Under the pieces are notes generated by a model. It did no database searches. It was given only the letters and a program-made list of their open reading frames with translations, and was not told the DNA's origin. A stretch of 64,000 nt of DNA from Acidobacteria bacterium Ga0077551 (GTDB taxonomy: Bacteria; Pseudomonadota; Alphaproteobacteria; Caulobacterales; Hyphomonadaceae), in NCBI GenBank assembly GCA_001464545.1, contig LNFC01000011.1, positions 817-64,816 on the forward strand, written 5' to 3'. Both the position numbers and the translations under genes were made by a program. Shown here in pieces: positions 45,771-54,005 of this stretch. The stretch's first letter is position 1. Each line of letters starts with the position of its first letter.

Positions 45771-46514
45771 CTATTGCGCTTCAATCGACAGGATGACCGG
45801 TTCCAGGAATGCAGCGAGCGGCGCCGAGATCACGACCACTCCCTCCTTGGTCGGATGAAGTCCGTCCGGCTGCAGCAGCGAGGGATCGCCTTCGATCTGT
45901 CCGAGCAAGGAGGGATAGTAGGGCACGCCATACTCGGCGGCGAGTTCGGGATAGATAGCGGCGTAAGCGGCTTCCCGGCTGCCGGGCTCCAAAGCGCCGC
46001 GCGGCGTGAGGCCGACGAGCACGACGGGGATGCCGGCGGCCCTGGCGCGCTCCAGGATGGCGGCGAGATTGGCGCGGGCAATGTCTGGCGGTACGCCCAT
46101 CAGGAAATCATTGGCACCGAGGGCAACGACGAGCAGATCGGGCTCGGCGGCGGCAACGCTCCAGTCGAACCGGGCGAGGCCGTTGGCGGTGGTATCACCG
46201 GAGACGCCGGCATTGACGGCGACGGCGTCGAGGCCGCTGGCGCGCCAGATGGCCTCGACCTGATCGGGCATCGCCTCGTCCGGCTGCAGCCCGTATCCGG
46301 CTGTCAGGCTGTCGCCGAGAAACACGACGACTTCCGAGTCGCTGGAGATTTCCGCCTTGGGGTCCGGCGCTTCCTGCACGGACGGGGCGGCTGCGGGCGC
46401 GGGAGAGACCGCCGCAGGCTGACCGCAGGCGGTCACAAATATCGCCGCCAAAGCGGATAACAGTGAAAGACGGCGAGATGGCCCTTGCCGGGCTTGCGGC
46501 GCAAACGAGTTCAT
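45771..46514 (-). CDS. tesA: SGNH/GDSL arylesterase-thioesterase (TesA-like), secreted/lipoprotein
   Basis: GDSLTAGYG, SGDTT, GANDF and DGLHP blocks. Divergent from ybbA-like ABC genes. ATG 46514 is chosen; the 493-aa ORF extension is antisense to the ABC gene. Confidence 0.85.
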   Translation of the reverse strand: MNSFAPQARQGPSRRLSLLSALAAIFVTACGQPAAVSPAPAAAPSVQEAPDPKAEISSDSEVVVFLGDSLTAGYGLQPDEAMPDQVEAIWRASGLDAVAVNAGVSGDTTANGLARFDWSVAAAEPDLLVVALGANDFLMGVPPDIARANLAAILERARAAGIPVVLVGLTPRGALEPGSREAAYAAIYPELAAEYGVPYYPSLLGQIEGDPSLLQPDGLHPTKEGVVVISAPLAAFLEPVILSIEAQ

Positions 46515-46580
46515 ACGTATCGATAGACTTCGCATCCCCCGCTGACAATGTGCGCCGGGTTCAACAGAAAGTGTTTTTGA

Positions 46581-47261
46581 ATGGCTGAAGCGCTGCGACT
46601 GACCGGGGTCTGGCTGACGTTCCCGGCCGCTTCCGGTGCGGATGGATCGGCTTCGCTGGATGTCCTGAAAGGCGTTGATTTTGTCGCCATGGATGGCGAG
46701 AGCGTCGCGGTTGTGGGGCCATCGGGGTCGGGCAAGTCGTCGCTGATTGCGGTTGCCGCGGGGCTGGAGCGTGCCAGCCGGGGCGAGGTGACGCTGCTCG
46801 GCGAGCGGATCGAGACGTATGGCGAGGACCAGCTGGCCAAGCTGCGCCGGGGCCGGGTCAGCATGGTGTTCCAGTCGTTCCACCTGCTGGAAACGATGAC
46901 GGCGTTCGACAATGTGCGGGCACCGCTGGAGATCGCCCGGCTGGACAAGGTGGATGCGCGCGCCAATGCGGCGCTCGACGCGGTGGGGCTGAGCGCGCGG
47001 CGGCTGCACTATCCCGGACAGCTGTCGGGCGGCGAGCGGCAGCGTGTTGCGGTGGCACGGGCCCTCGCCTCCGATCCGGCGCTGGTGTTTGCCGATGAGC
47101 CGACGGGCAATCTGGACGCCGAAAGCGGGCGCATCGTTGCCGATCTGCTGTTCTCCATCGCCAAGGACCGGGGCTCGACGCTGGTGATCGTGACGCATGA
47201 CACGGACCTCGCCGCGCGCGCCGGACGGACGGTGCATATGCGCGACGGGCACATCGTATGA
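46581..47261 (+). CDS. ABC transporter ATP-binding protein (YbbA/LolD-like)
   Basis: Walker A GPSGSGKSS, signature LSGGERQRVAVARAL and Walker B LVFADEPTGNLD. Confidence 0.9.
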   Translation: MAEALRLTGVWLTFPAASGADGSASLDVLKGVDFVAMDGESVAVVGPSGSGKSSLIAVAAGLERASRGEVTLLGERIETYGEDQLAKLRRGRVSMVFQSFHLLETMTAFDNVRAPLEIARLDKVDARANAALDAVGLSARRLHYPGQLSGGERQRVAVARALASDPALVFADEPTGNLDAESGRIVADLLFSIAKDRGSTLVIVTHDTDLAARAGRTVHMRDGHIV

Positions 47262-49789
47262 ACAGCGTATCGTTCAAGCTCGCACGCAGCGAGCTGTCCC
47301 GGGGCTTCAAGGGTTTCTGGATCTATCTTGCCTGTCTGGCGCTCGGCACAGCGGCGATTGCGGCGGCCGGATCGGTGACCGAGACGTTTTCGCGGGGTGT
47401 CGCGGGCGAGGCGCGCTCCCTGCTCGGCGCGGATGCGCAGTTCACGACCGCGCAGCGGCGTCCCACCGCCGTAGAGCGGGCCTTTGCCGAAAGCCTGGGG
47501 ACGATTTCCGAAACCGTCTCTCTGGATGTGATGGGCACCGCCAATGATGTGCGGGCACAGGTCGATGTGACCGCGGTGGATGGCGGCTATCCACTGATCG
47601 GCAAGGCCGTGCTGTCGGGCACGGAGACCGAACTGCAGGCAGCGCTGGCCAGGCGCGGCGACCGCTGGGGCGTTGTTGTGACGCAGTCTTTCCTCGACAC
47701 ATTCGGGGTGGCGATGGGCGACGCGGTCGAGATCGGGCCGGTCGCGGGGGTTGTGACGGCGCGGCTGGATCTGTCGCCGGACCGGATCGGCACGCCGGGC
47801 ACGTTCGGGCCGGAAGCGACGGTGGCGCTGGACGCGATGGCGGAGGCCGAGCGGCTGTCACCCGGCCAGCTGTTCAGGTCGATTGTGCGGATCCTTTTTA
47901 AGCCCGGGCAGACGTTTGCGGCGGCGGAGAAGACTTTCAATGAAAGCTTTCCGGACGAAGGCACGCGGCTGAGAGGACCGGAAGATGCCGTCGACGGGCT
48001 GCAGAACCTGTTGCAGACGCTGAACAGCTTCCTCGCCGTGATCGGCATTGCGGCGCTGGTGGCAGGCGGCGTGGGCGTGGCGCAGGCGACGGCGGCGTTC
48101 CTCGACTCGCGCCGGCAGTCGATTGCGGTGCTGAAAGTGTTTGGCGCGGATGCGGCGACGATCCGCAGCGCGTATCTTCTGCAGCTGGGCGTGCTGGCAC
48201 TTGTGGGGGCGCTGGCCGGCACCGCGCTGGGGGCGGCGGCGCCCTATCTGCTGGCGGTGTTCGCCGGCGGCGCGATTCCAATTCCGCAGGCGCTGGGACT
48301 TTATCCGGTGGCCTTGCTGAAGGCGCTGACGCTGGGTGTGCTGGCGGCGGCGGTTTTCGCCCTGCCGGCTATCGGACAGGCGCGGGCGACGCGGCCCGCT
48401 TCGCTGTTCCGCCGGATCGGCGAGGCGGAGCGAACCTCGGCGCCCTGGATCGAACGGGGCTGGGCGATCGGCGCGGCAGCCGCATTGGCGGGATTGGCCG
48501 TGGCCACCAGCTACCGCCCTGCCCTGACGGCGATGATCCTTGTCGGCGCCATGGTCACAGCCGGCGTGTTTGTCGTGGCGGCGATCCTCGTGAAGCGGCT
48601 GGCGAAGGCCGCCTCGGCAGGTGCGCGCGGGTTCTGGCGGCTGGCGCTCGCAAACCTCGGCGGGCCGGGCTCGCTGGCGCCGACCATTGTGCCGGCGCTG
48701 GGGCTGGGCCTGGCGCTGCTGGTGCTGGTCGTCTCGGTACAGACGAATCTTATCCGGCAGATCACCGACACCGCGCCGGCCAATGCCCCGTCGCTTGTCT
48801 TTTCGCAGATTCCGAATGCGAAGGTGGCCAGTTTCAATGACGTTCTAAACGCGAACGGGGTCGATACGGAAAATCCGGATGCCTATCGCCAGGCGCCGTT
48901 CCTTCTGGCGCGTGTCATCGCGCTGAAAGGAAAGCCGCTGGTGGAAAGCGAAGTGGCGGAATCCGAACGCTGGGTGGTGCGTGGTGAGACGAGCCTGACG
49001 TATTTTGCAGAGGCGCCGCCTGAAACGGTGCTGGTGGCGGGCAGCTGGTGGGATGCGGATTATGCCGGGCCCTTGCTGGTGTCGGTCGAGGAGGATGCCG
49101 CGAAGGGGCTGGGCGTCGGGGTGGGCGATACGATCGGTTACCGGATCGCCGGGCGCGAAGTGACCGCGACCGTGGCTTCGCTGCGCAAGGTGGATTGGGG
49201 CACGTTCGGCATAGGATCGAATACGGCCTTCATTCTTTCGCCCGGTACGCTCGAAGCGGCGAACCCGGCCTATGTCGCGATTGCAAAGGCCACGCCCGAA
49301 CAGGAAAGCGCGATCATTGCGGCACTGGGCACGGACCTGCGCGAAGTGGTGGTGTTCCAGACGCGGCCCGCGCTGGAGACGGCGGCGCGGGTGTTCGGAC
49401 AGATTGCGCTGGCGGTGAACGCGGCGGCCGGCATCGTGACGCTGGCCGGGCTGCTGGTACTGCTCGGGACTTTCGCGTCGCTGGCCCAGAAGCGCCGGCG
49501 CGAAGCGGCCCTTCTGAAAGTGTTTGGTGCTTCGCGCGGCGAAATCCTGGGGCTGTACGCGACCGAGTTTGCCGTGGCGGCGGGAATCGCGGCGCTGGTG
49601 GGCACGATGATCGGCGTTGGCGCGTCCTGGCCGATTGTGACGTATGTGTTCGAGGCGACCTGGAGCCTGCAGTGGCAGCCGGCTGCGTGGGTGATGGGCG
49701 CGGCGATTTTCGTTTCGGCTCTGGGCGGGGCATTTGTGGGCTTGTCGACCCTGTCGCGGACACCCGCTGACGTACTGCGGACGCCATAG
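47258..49789 (+). CDS. FtsX-family ABC transporter permease (YbbP-like, duplicated FtsX domain)
   Basis: 843 aa with multiple TM clusters in two halves. ATGA overlap with the ATPase gene. Confidence 0.85.
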   Translation: MNSVSFKLARSELSRGFKGFWIYLACLALGTAAIAAAGSVTETFSRGVAGEARSLLGADAQFTTAQRRPTAVERAFAESLGTISETVSLDVMGTANDVRAQVDVTAVDGGYPLIGKAVLSGTETELQAALARRGDRWGVVVTQSFLDTFGVAMGDAVEIGPVAGVVTARLDLSPDRIGTPGTFGPEATVALDAMAEAERLSPGQLFRSIVRILFKPGQTFAAAEKTFNESFPDEGTRLRGPEDAVDGLQNLLQTLNSFLAVIGIAALVAGGVGVAQATAAFLDSRRQSIAVLKVFGADAATIRSAYLLQLGVLALVGALAGTALGAAAPYLLAVFAGGAIPIPQALGLYPVALLKALTLGVLAAAVFALPAIGQARATRPASLFRRIGEAERTSAPWIERGWAIGAAAALAGLAVATSYRPALTAMILVGAMVTAGVFVVAAILVKRLAKAASAGARGFWRLALANLGGPGSLAPTIVPALGLGLALLVLVVSVQTNLIRQITDTAPANAPSLVFSQIPNAKVASFNDVLNANGVDTENPDAYRQAPFLLARVIALKGKPLVESEVAESERWVVRGETSLTYFAEAPPETVLVAGSWWDADYAGPLLVSVEEDAAKGLGVGVGDTIGYRIAGREVTATVASLRKVDWGTFGIGSNTAFILSPGTLEAANPAYVAIAKATPEQESAIIAALGTDLREVVVFQTRPALETAARVFGQIALAVNAAAGIVTLAGLLVLLGTFASLAQKRRREAALLKVFGASRGEILGLYATEFAVAAGIAALVGTMIGVGASWPIVTYVFEATWSLQWQPAAWVMGAAIFVSALGGAFVGLSTLSRTPADVLRTP

Positions 49790-49827
49790 CGCGAGCAATT
49801 TTCTTAGCAAAGATCAGCAAAATTGTT

Positions 49828-49852
49828 GGAACCTCGATCAACGCACCGCGTT
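49828..49852 (+). promoter_or_regulatory. EcfG-type (general stress response) promoter GGAAC-N16-CGTT
   Basis: Exact match: GGAAC 49828..49832 and CGTT 49849..49852. It ends 53 nt before the entericidin-like start. Confidence 0.6.
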
Positions 49853-49904
49853 ATTTGTCCGACTGCAGCCCACTGGGAACTGCAGCCTAACAAAGGAGAG
49901 AACA

Positions 49905-50057
49905 ATGAAGGTCAAATTCGCCGTTCCCGCCATGGCGCTTGCCGCCATGCTTCTGGCTGCGTGCAACACTGTCGATGGCGTCGGCAAGGACGTTGAAGCC
50001 GCCGGCGAAGGAATCCAGGAGGGCTCCGAAGCCGTCGAGGAAGATCTCAAAGATTAA
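49905..50057 (+). CDS. Entericidin A/B-family small lipoprotein
   Basis: MKVKFAVPAMALAAMLLAACNTVDGVGKDVEAAGEGIQ with lipobox LAAC. AAGGAGAG RBS. Confidence 0.8.
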   Translation: MKVKFAVPAMALAAMLLAACNTVDGVGKDVEAAGEGIQEGSEAVEEDLKD

Positions 50058-50080
50058 GTCTGGCGAACTGGCCAGTCACA

Positions 50081-50113
50081 GCGTGCCCCCGAAACGGGGC
50101 ACGCTTTTCTTTT
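50081..50113 (+). terminator. Rho-independent terminator after the entericidin-like gene
   Basis: GCGTGCCCC-cgaaac-GGGGCACGC followed by TTTTCTTTT. Confidence 0.8.
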
Positions 50114-50127
50114 GCGACCGTGTTGAC

Positions 50128-51804
50128 TCACTGCTCGATTGGAAATGTCAGCTCAATGATGACATTGTCGGGGTCGTCTCCGAGATCTTCGACCGCGCCG
50201 CCCATCTGACGCGCGAAGGCGGCGAGGAACAGGTTCGTATCCCGCGACCTCGTTGCCTCGTCACTCGCGGTGGGTTCCCGGCCGCAACTCATGCGGAGAC
50301 GCGCGTGGCCGTTCTCCTGCCGGAACTCAAGGCTCAGGTCCCGGATGACGCCGCTGTCGCCTGTCGCGGGGCACAGATGATCGAACGCTTCCTGCACGAA
50401 CATCGCCATCGGAACGGCAAGGTCTGACGGGAGGGACACATCCTCGACGTCGGGCACAAGATGCCGGCTCTCTTCTTCCCAGCCTTGCCGCTCATGGATC
50501 TGCTTGCAGATCGCGTCGAACAATTCCGACGCATCCACGGTTTCAATGTGCGATTCGTTGAGCAGCGAATGATGCACGGCCGCCATCATGGCGACGCGCT
50601 GGGCGGCGAGGCGCAGGGCCACCTGGGTCTCCGGTTGGACCTCGCTGCGGCCCTGCAGTTTCAGCATGCTGAGCATGACCTGAAGGTTGTTCTTGACGCG
50701 GTGATGCGTCTCGCGGAAGGCGCCCTTCATGCGGGCGAGGGCCTGCAGCAGGTCGGATTCGTGAACCTTCACGCTCTCTGTCAGATCGTCAAAGGCGCGG
50801 GCGAGTTGCTGAAGCTCTGCCGGGGCCCGCGCGAGATCGTCTGCCAGCGGCGTGTATTCGGCCGAGCGGCGAAGGTCCGAAATCCGAAGCCGCAAGCGTT
50901 CGATCCAGCGAAGCACCAGCGTGTCCATGATCCACGTGGCGGTCAGCAGGGCGGCCAGGAACGCCAGAACGGGGATCGTCAGTGCAACGACGGTCTCGAT
51001 CCGCGAATTCCGGGGCGTGGATGAAGGCGTGAGGATCCACAGGCTATCGGTCGCGAGCGGCATTACGACCACGTCAACGCGCCCGCCCTGGGGCAAACGA
51101 AGCTGGCGCGCGGTGCGCTCCAGGATGGCCTCGCTGGTCAACCACCCAACCGGTATGCGCTCGACGATCCCGGATCCCAGCACATCCCCGTCGACCAGCA
51201 CGATGCCCTGCCGCAATCCTGGCGAGGCGGTCTCCGGCAGGCTCTTTGCCAGCTGCTCAATGCTGACGGTCACGGCGACCGAGCCTTCAAATTCTCCGGC
51301 GTCATTTGCGACGCCTTGGAGCATCCAGATGACGGGGTCGCCCAAGGCCAGTCCGTCGAAGCGGGACGATTCGATGGTCTTCATGCCTCTTCGGAGCTGA
51401 TCGTTCCATCCAAGGTCGGGCATGGGCTGGCCGACGAGATTCTCGCCAGCGAAAAAGCACGTCACCTGCCCTTCGGCATTGAACCGAAAGACGTTGCGAA
51501 AGGGAAGATTGAGGCCTGAAAGACGATTGCTGATTTGTGTGCAGGTCGGTTTGCGTTCGTCGACTGCCATCAGGCTCAAGGCGAGGCGCGTGCCGGCGAG
51601 AACCGTGTCGACTCCGGATTGGCCTTCACGCGAGGTCTCCACCAGTTCCTGGTATTTTGCCTGTCTGGCTTCTTCGCGTTCGCCGCTGACACGCATGGCG
51701 CCGAGCACCAGCAGCGGGCTGAGCGCAAGCGCCATTGCGCCGATGACCTGCCAGCGCAGACTCATCCTCAGCGGCGCCGGCCCCCTCGCGATCTCCTCGT
51801 TCAT
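50128..51804 (-). CDS. GSR-associated HisKA_2-type sensor histidine kinase (PhyK/PhyP-like), two TM segments flanking a periplasmic domain
   Basis: H-box THHRVKNNLQVMLSMLKLQ. TM helices VIGAMALALSPLLVLGAM and LTIPVLAFLAALLTATWIM. The start ATG shares one base with the ecfG stop (TGATG). Confidence 0.8.
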   Translation of the reverse strand: MNEEIARGPAPLRMSLRWQVIGAMALALSPLLVLGAMRVSGEREEARQAKYQELVETSREGQSGVDTVLAGTRLALSLMAVDERKPTCTQISNRLSGLNLPFRNVFRFNAEGQVTCFFAGENLVGQPMPDLGWNDQLRRGMKTIESSRFDGLALGDPVIWMLQGVANDAGEFEGSVAVTVSIEQLAKSLPETASPGLRQGIVLVDGDVLGSGIVERIPVGWLTSEAILERTARQLRLPQGGRVDVVVMPLATDSLWILTPSSTPRNSRIETVVALTIPVLAFLAALLTATWIMDTLVLRWIERLRLRISDLRRSAEYTPLADDLARAPAELQQLARAFDDLTESVKVHESDLLQALARMKGAFRETHHRVKNNLQVMLSMLKLQGRSEVQPETQVALRLAAQRVAMMAAVHHSLLNESHIETVDASELFDAICKQIHERQGWEEESRHLVPDVEDVSLPSDLAVPMAMFVQEAFDHLCPATGDSGVIRDLSLEFRQENGHARLRMSCGREPTASDEATRSRDTNLFLAAFARQMGGAVEDLGDDPDNVIIELTFPIEQ

Positions 51805-52406
51805 CAGCTTTCCCGGCTCAGAGCGCTGACTTGGTCCATGATGTTGTTGAACGCCGCCTTGCCGGACGTGATGGCGGGCGCGCCGGCCAGGGCCTTGGGC
51901 GCCTTGTCGCCGCCCAGCATTTCTCCGAGTGCCTTGCGGGCGCGGCTGACGCGGCTCTTGATGGTGCCGACGGCGCAACCGATGATCTGGGCGGCTTCTT
52001 CGTAAGCCATGCCGCCGGCGCCCACGAGGATGATCGCTTCGCGCTGGTCGTCGGGCAGATGATCGAGCGCATTGCGCAGTTCGACCAGTTCCATCCCCTT
52101 GCTCGGATCATCCGACGCCACGAGCGTGCGCTCGGCCATCTCGGGAGACAGTTCTGTGGAGCGCCACGAGCGGCGCTTTTCGGAATAGAAGACGTTGCGA
52201 AGGATCGTAAAGGTCCAGGCGCGGAAGCTGGTGGTCGGCGTGAAGCTGTCGCGCGCCTTCCAGGCCCGCAGCATCGTGTCCTGAACCAGGTCGTCCGCGG
52301 CCACGGCGTCGTTGCACAGGCTGCGCGCGAAGGCGCGCAGGTGCGGCACCATTTCCAGGAGGGCTGCCTTGAACTCGCTGGCCGGGAGCGGGAGCGGCGC
52401 TGTCAT
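51804..52406 (-). CDS. ecfG: ECF sigma factor EcfG (general stress response)
   Basis: Sigma regions 2 and 4 are recognisable. It lies immediately downstream of and overlapping nepR (ATGA), and divergent from phyR. Confidence 0.85.
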   Translation of the reverse strand: MTAPLPLPASEFKAALLEMVPHLRAFARSLCNDAVAADDLVQDTMLRAWKARDSFTPTTSFRAWTFTILRNVFYSEKRRSWRSTELSPEMAERTLVASDDPSKGMELVELRNALDHLPDDQREAIILVGAGGMAYEEAAQIIGCAVGTIKSRVSRARKALGEMLGGDKAPKALAGAPAITSGKAAFNNIMDQVSALSRES

Positions 52407-52612
52407 GAGGCGCCGGTTTCAGGCTGACCGGACTCGCTGCGCTCGGCCGCCTCAGCTTCTTCCAGCAGTTTCAGGAACTCGTCCGGAATGGACTCGTCCA
52501 CGACGCCTTCGTACATCTGGCGCAAACGTTCACCGATCGCCCGGTTGCCAAGGCGCCGCTGGCTCTTAGGACCATCGGACGGACCCCCTTCGGGCTTTCT
52601 GGTATCGCTCAT
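52403..52612 (-). CDS. nepR: Anti-sigma factor NepR
   Basis: 69 aa. IGERLRQMYEGVVDESIPDEFLKLLEE matches the NepR core pattern. Position is upstream of ecfG. Confidence 0.85.
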   Translation of the reverse strand: MSDTRKPEGGPSDGPKSQRRLGNRAIGERLRQMYEGVVDESIPDEFLKLLEEAEAAERSESGQPETGAS

Positions 52613-52686
52613 CGCACCACCTTAAATTCGGGTCACCTGGCGGAATAACCAGTTTCTCAAGCCAATTTTGCCATATTCAGGCCAAT

Positions 52687-52711
52687 AACGCATCAGCGCA
52701 GAACGAGTTCC
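52687..52711 (-). promoter_or_regulatory. EcfG-type promoter for nepR-ecfG-kinase (GGAAC-N16-CGTT on the minus strand)
   Basis: The + strand reads AACG (52687..52690)-N16-GTTCC (52707..52711), 75 nt upstream of the nepR start. Confidence 0.65.
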
Positions 52712-52751
52712 CTGCGTTGCTGCTGATTTCGAAAATAATTTCAGATCGGGT

Positions 52752-52776
52752 GAAACCAATCTCGATGAGGGGCGTT
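52752..52776 (+). promoter_or_regulatory. EcfG-type promoter for phyR (GAAAC-N16-CGTT)
   Basis: One mismatch in the -35 element. CGTT at 52773..52776 lies 32 nt before ATG 52808. Confidence 0.55.
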
Positions 52777-52807
52777 GTTACGCATGTACACGCAGGAGGT
52801 TCCCTAG

Positions 52808-53599
52808 ATGTCGATGATTGCACAATTCCGTCCCCATCTGCCGTTCTTGAGGCGATATGCGCGCGCGCTCACGGGCACGCAGCAAAGCGGTGACGCCTAC
52901 ATTCTCGCGAGTCTCGAAGCCATGAAAGAGGCCCCCGGCCAGATCGTCGAGGCCTCTACGGCGCGCGTCACGCTATACCAGTTCTTCCATGCCATCTGGT
53001 CAACCACCGGCGCGCATCTCGAAACGGGAGCGAAAGCAGCAATGGCCTCGCCCGAGGCGCGGCTTCGCAAGCTGGCACCGATCGAACGGCAGGCTTTTCT
53101 CCTGACGACCCTTGAGGGCTTCACGCGTTCGGAAGCCTGCGAGATTCTCGGCAAAAGCAAAGGTGAACTGGAAGCGCTTCTTGATGCCGCGCACCGCGAG
53201 ATCGAGAAACAGCTGACGACTTCGGTGCTGATCATCGAGGACGAGCCTATCATTGCGGCAGATCTCGCGCACCTTGTGGAAGATCTTGGCCACAAGTTCG
53301 CGGGCGGCGCAGCGACGCGGCGGGCGGCCGTGGAAATGGCGAAACGCCTGAAGCCGGGCCTTATCCTGTGCGATGTTCAGTTGGCGGACAATTCGTCGGG
53401 CATCGACGCCGTGCAGGACATCCTCGAAGAGATGGACGTTCCAGTGATCTTCATCACCGCGTTTCCCGAGCGCCTGCTGACCGGCGAGCGGCCGGAGCCG
53501 ACCTATCTGATCACGAAGCCATTCCAGGACGATACGGTGAAGGCCGCCATCAGCCAGGCCTTGTTCTTTGGAACAGAAGCGGCCGTCGAGGAGATCTGA
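52808..53599 (+). CDS. phyR: Anti-anti-sigma response regulator PhyR (sigma-like domain + receiver)
   Basis: [23 protein letters not shown] sigma-like N-terminus. C-terminal receiver VLIIEDEPI...[14 protein letters not shown]...KPF. Confidence 0.9.
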   Translation: MSMIAQFRPHLPFLRRYARALTGTQQSGDAYILASLEAMKEAPGQIVEASTARVTLYQFFHAIWSTTGAHLETGAKAAMASPEARLRKLAPIERQAFLLTTLEGFTRSEACEILGKSKGELEALLDAAHREIEKQLTTSVLIIEDEPIIAADLAHLVEDLGHKFAGGAATRRAAVEMAKRLKPGLILCDVQLADNSSGIDAVQDILEEMDVPVIFITAFPERLLTGERPEPTYLITKPFQDDTVKAAISQALFFGTEAAVEEI

Positions 53600-53613
53600 C
53601 GCGCAATTTGTTT

Positions 53614-53638
53614 GGAACGTTACCAAATGAGCGGCGTT
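53614..53638 (+). promoter_or_regulatory. EcfG-type promoter GGAAC-N16-CGTT
   Basis: Exact match, ending 51 nt before the DUF1328 start codon. Confidence 0.6.
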
Positions 53639-53688
53639 GTATCTTCGTAGACTGCCTGAATGGTCGGGCACAGAAAATGGAGGCACAC

Positions 53689-53862
53689 ATGCTCGGTTGG
53701 GCACTTACATTTTTCGTTCTGGCGATCATCGCTGCTTTGCTCGGTTTCGGCGGCATCGCCGGCGCCGCTGCAGGCATCGCACAATTCCTGTTCGTCGTAT
53801 TCCTCGTCCTTCTCGTGGTCACCTTCATTGTCCGCGCACTCCGAGGACGGAGCATAACCTGA
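53689..53862 (+). CDS. DUF1328 (UPF0391) small membrane protein
   Basis: [52 protein letters not shown] 5 nt upstream. Confidence 0.8.
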   Translation: MLGWALTFFVLAIIAALLGFGGIAGAAAGIAQFLFVVFLVLLVVTFIVRALRGRSIT

Positions 53863-53952
53863 ATTTCCCAGCGGCCCCTCCCCCTCCTGCAAACCGCTGA
53901 GGAACCGGCGCCGGCCAAGCTTCCCCCCCACGTACGTTTGGCCGCGCGCCGA

Positions 53953-53988
53953 CCGCCATCCAGTCAACCTGGATGGCGGTTTCGCTTT
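53953..53988 (+). terminator. Rho-independent terminator after the DUF1328 gene
   Basis: Perfect 11-bp stem CCGCCATCCAG-tcaac-CTGGATGGCGG followed by TTTCGCTTT. Confidence 0.8.
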
Positions 53989-54005
53989 GAGCGGATGTCT
54001 GGAAA

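Noticed and set aside
46515-47252. Upstream extension of the TesA-like ORF (the track lists 45771..47252, 493 aa)
   Set aside because: The extension is antisense to the well-supported ABC ATPase gene and is Arg/Pro-rich. The TesA-like protein starts naturally at ATG 46514 with a signal/lipoprotein-like N-terminus.
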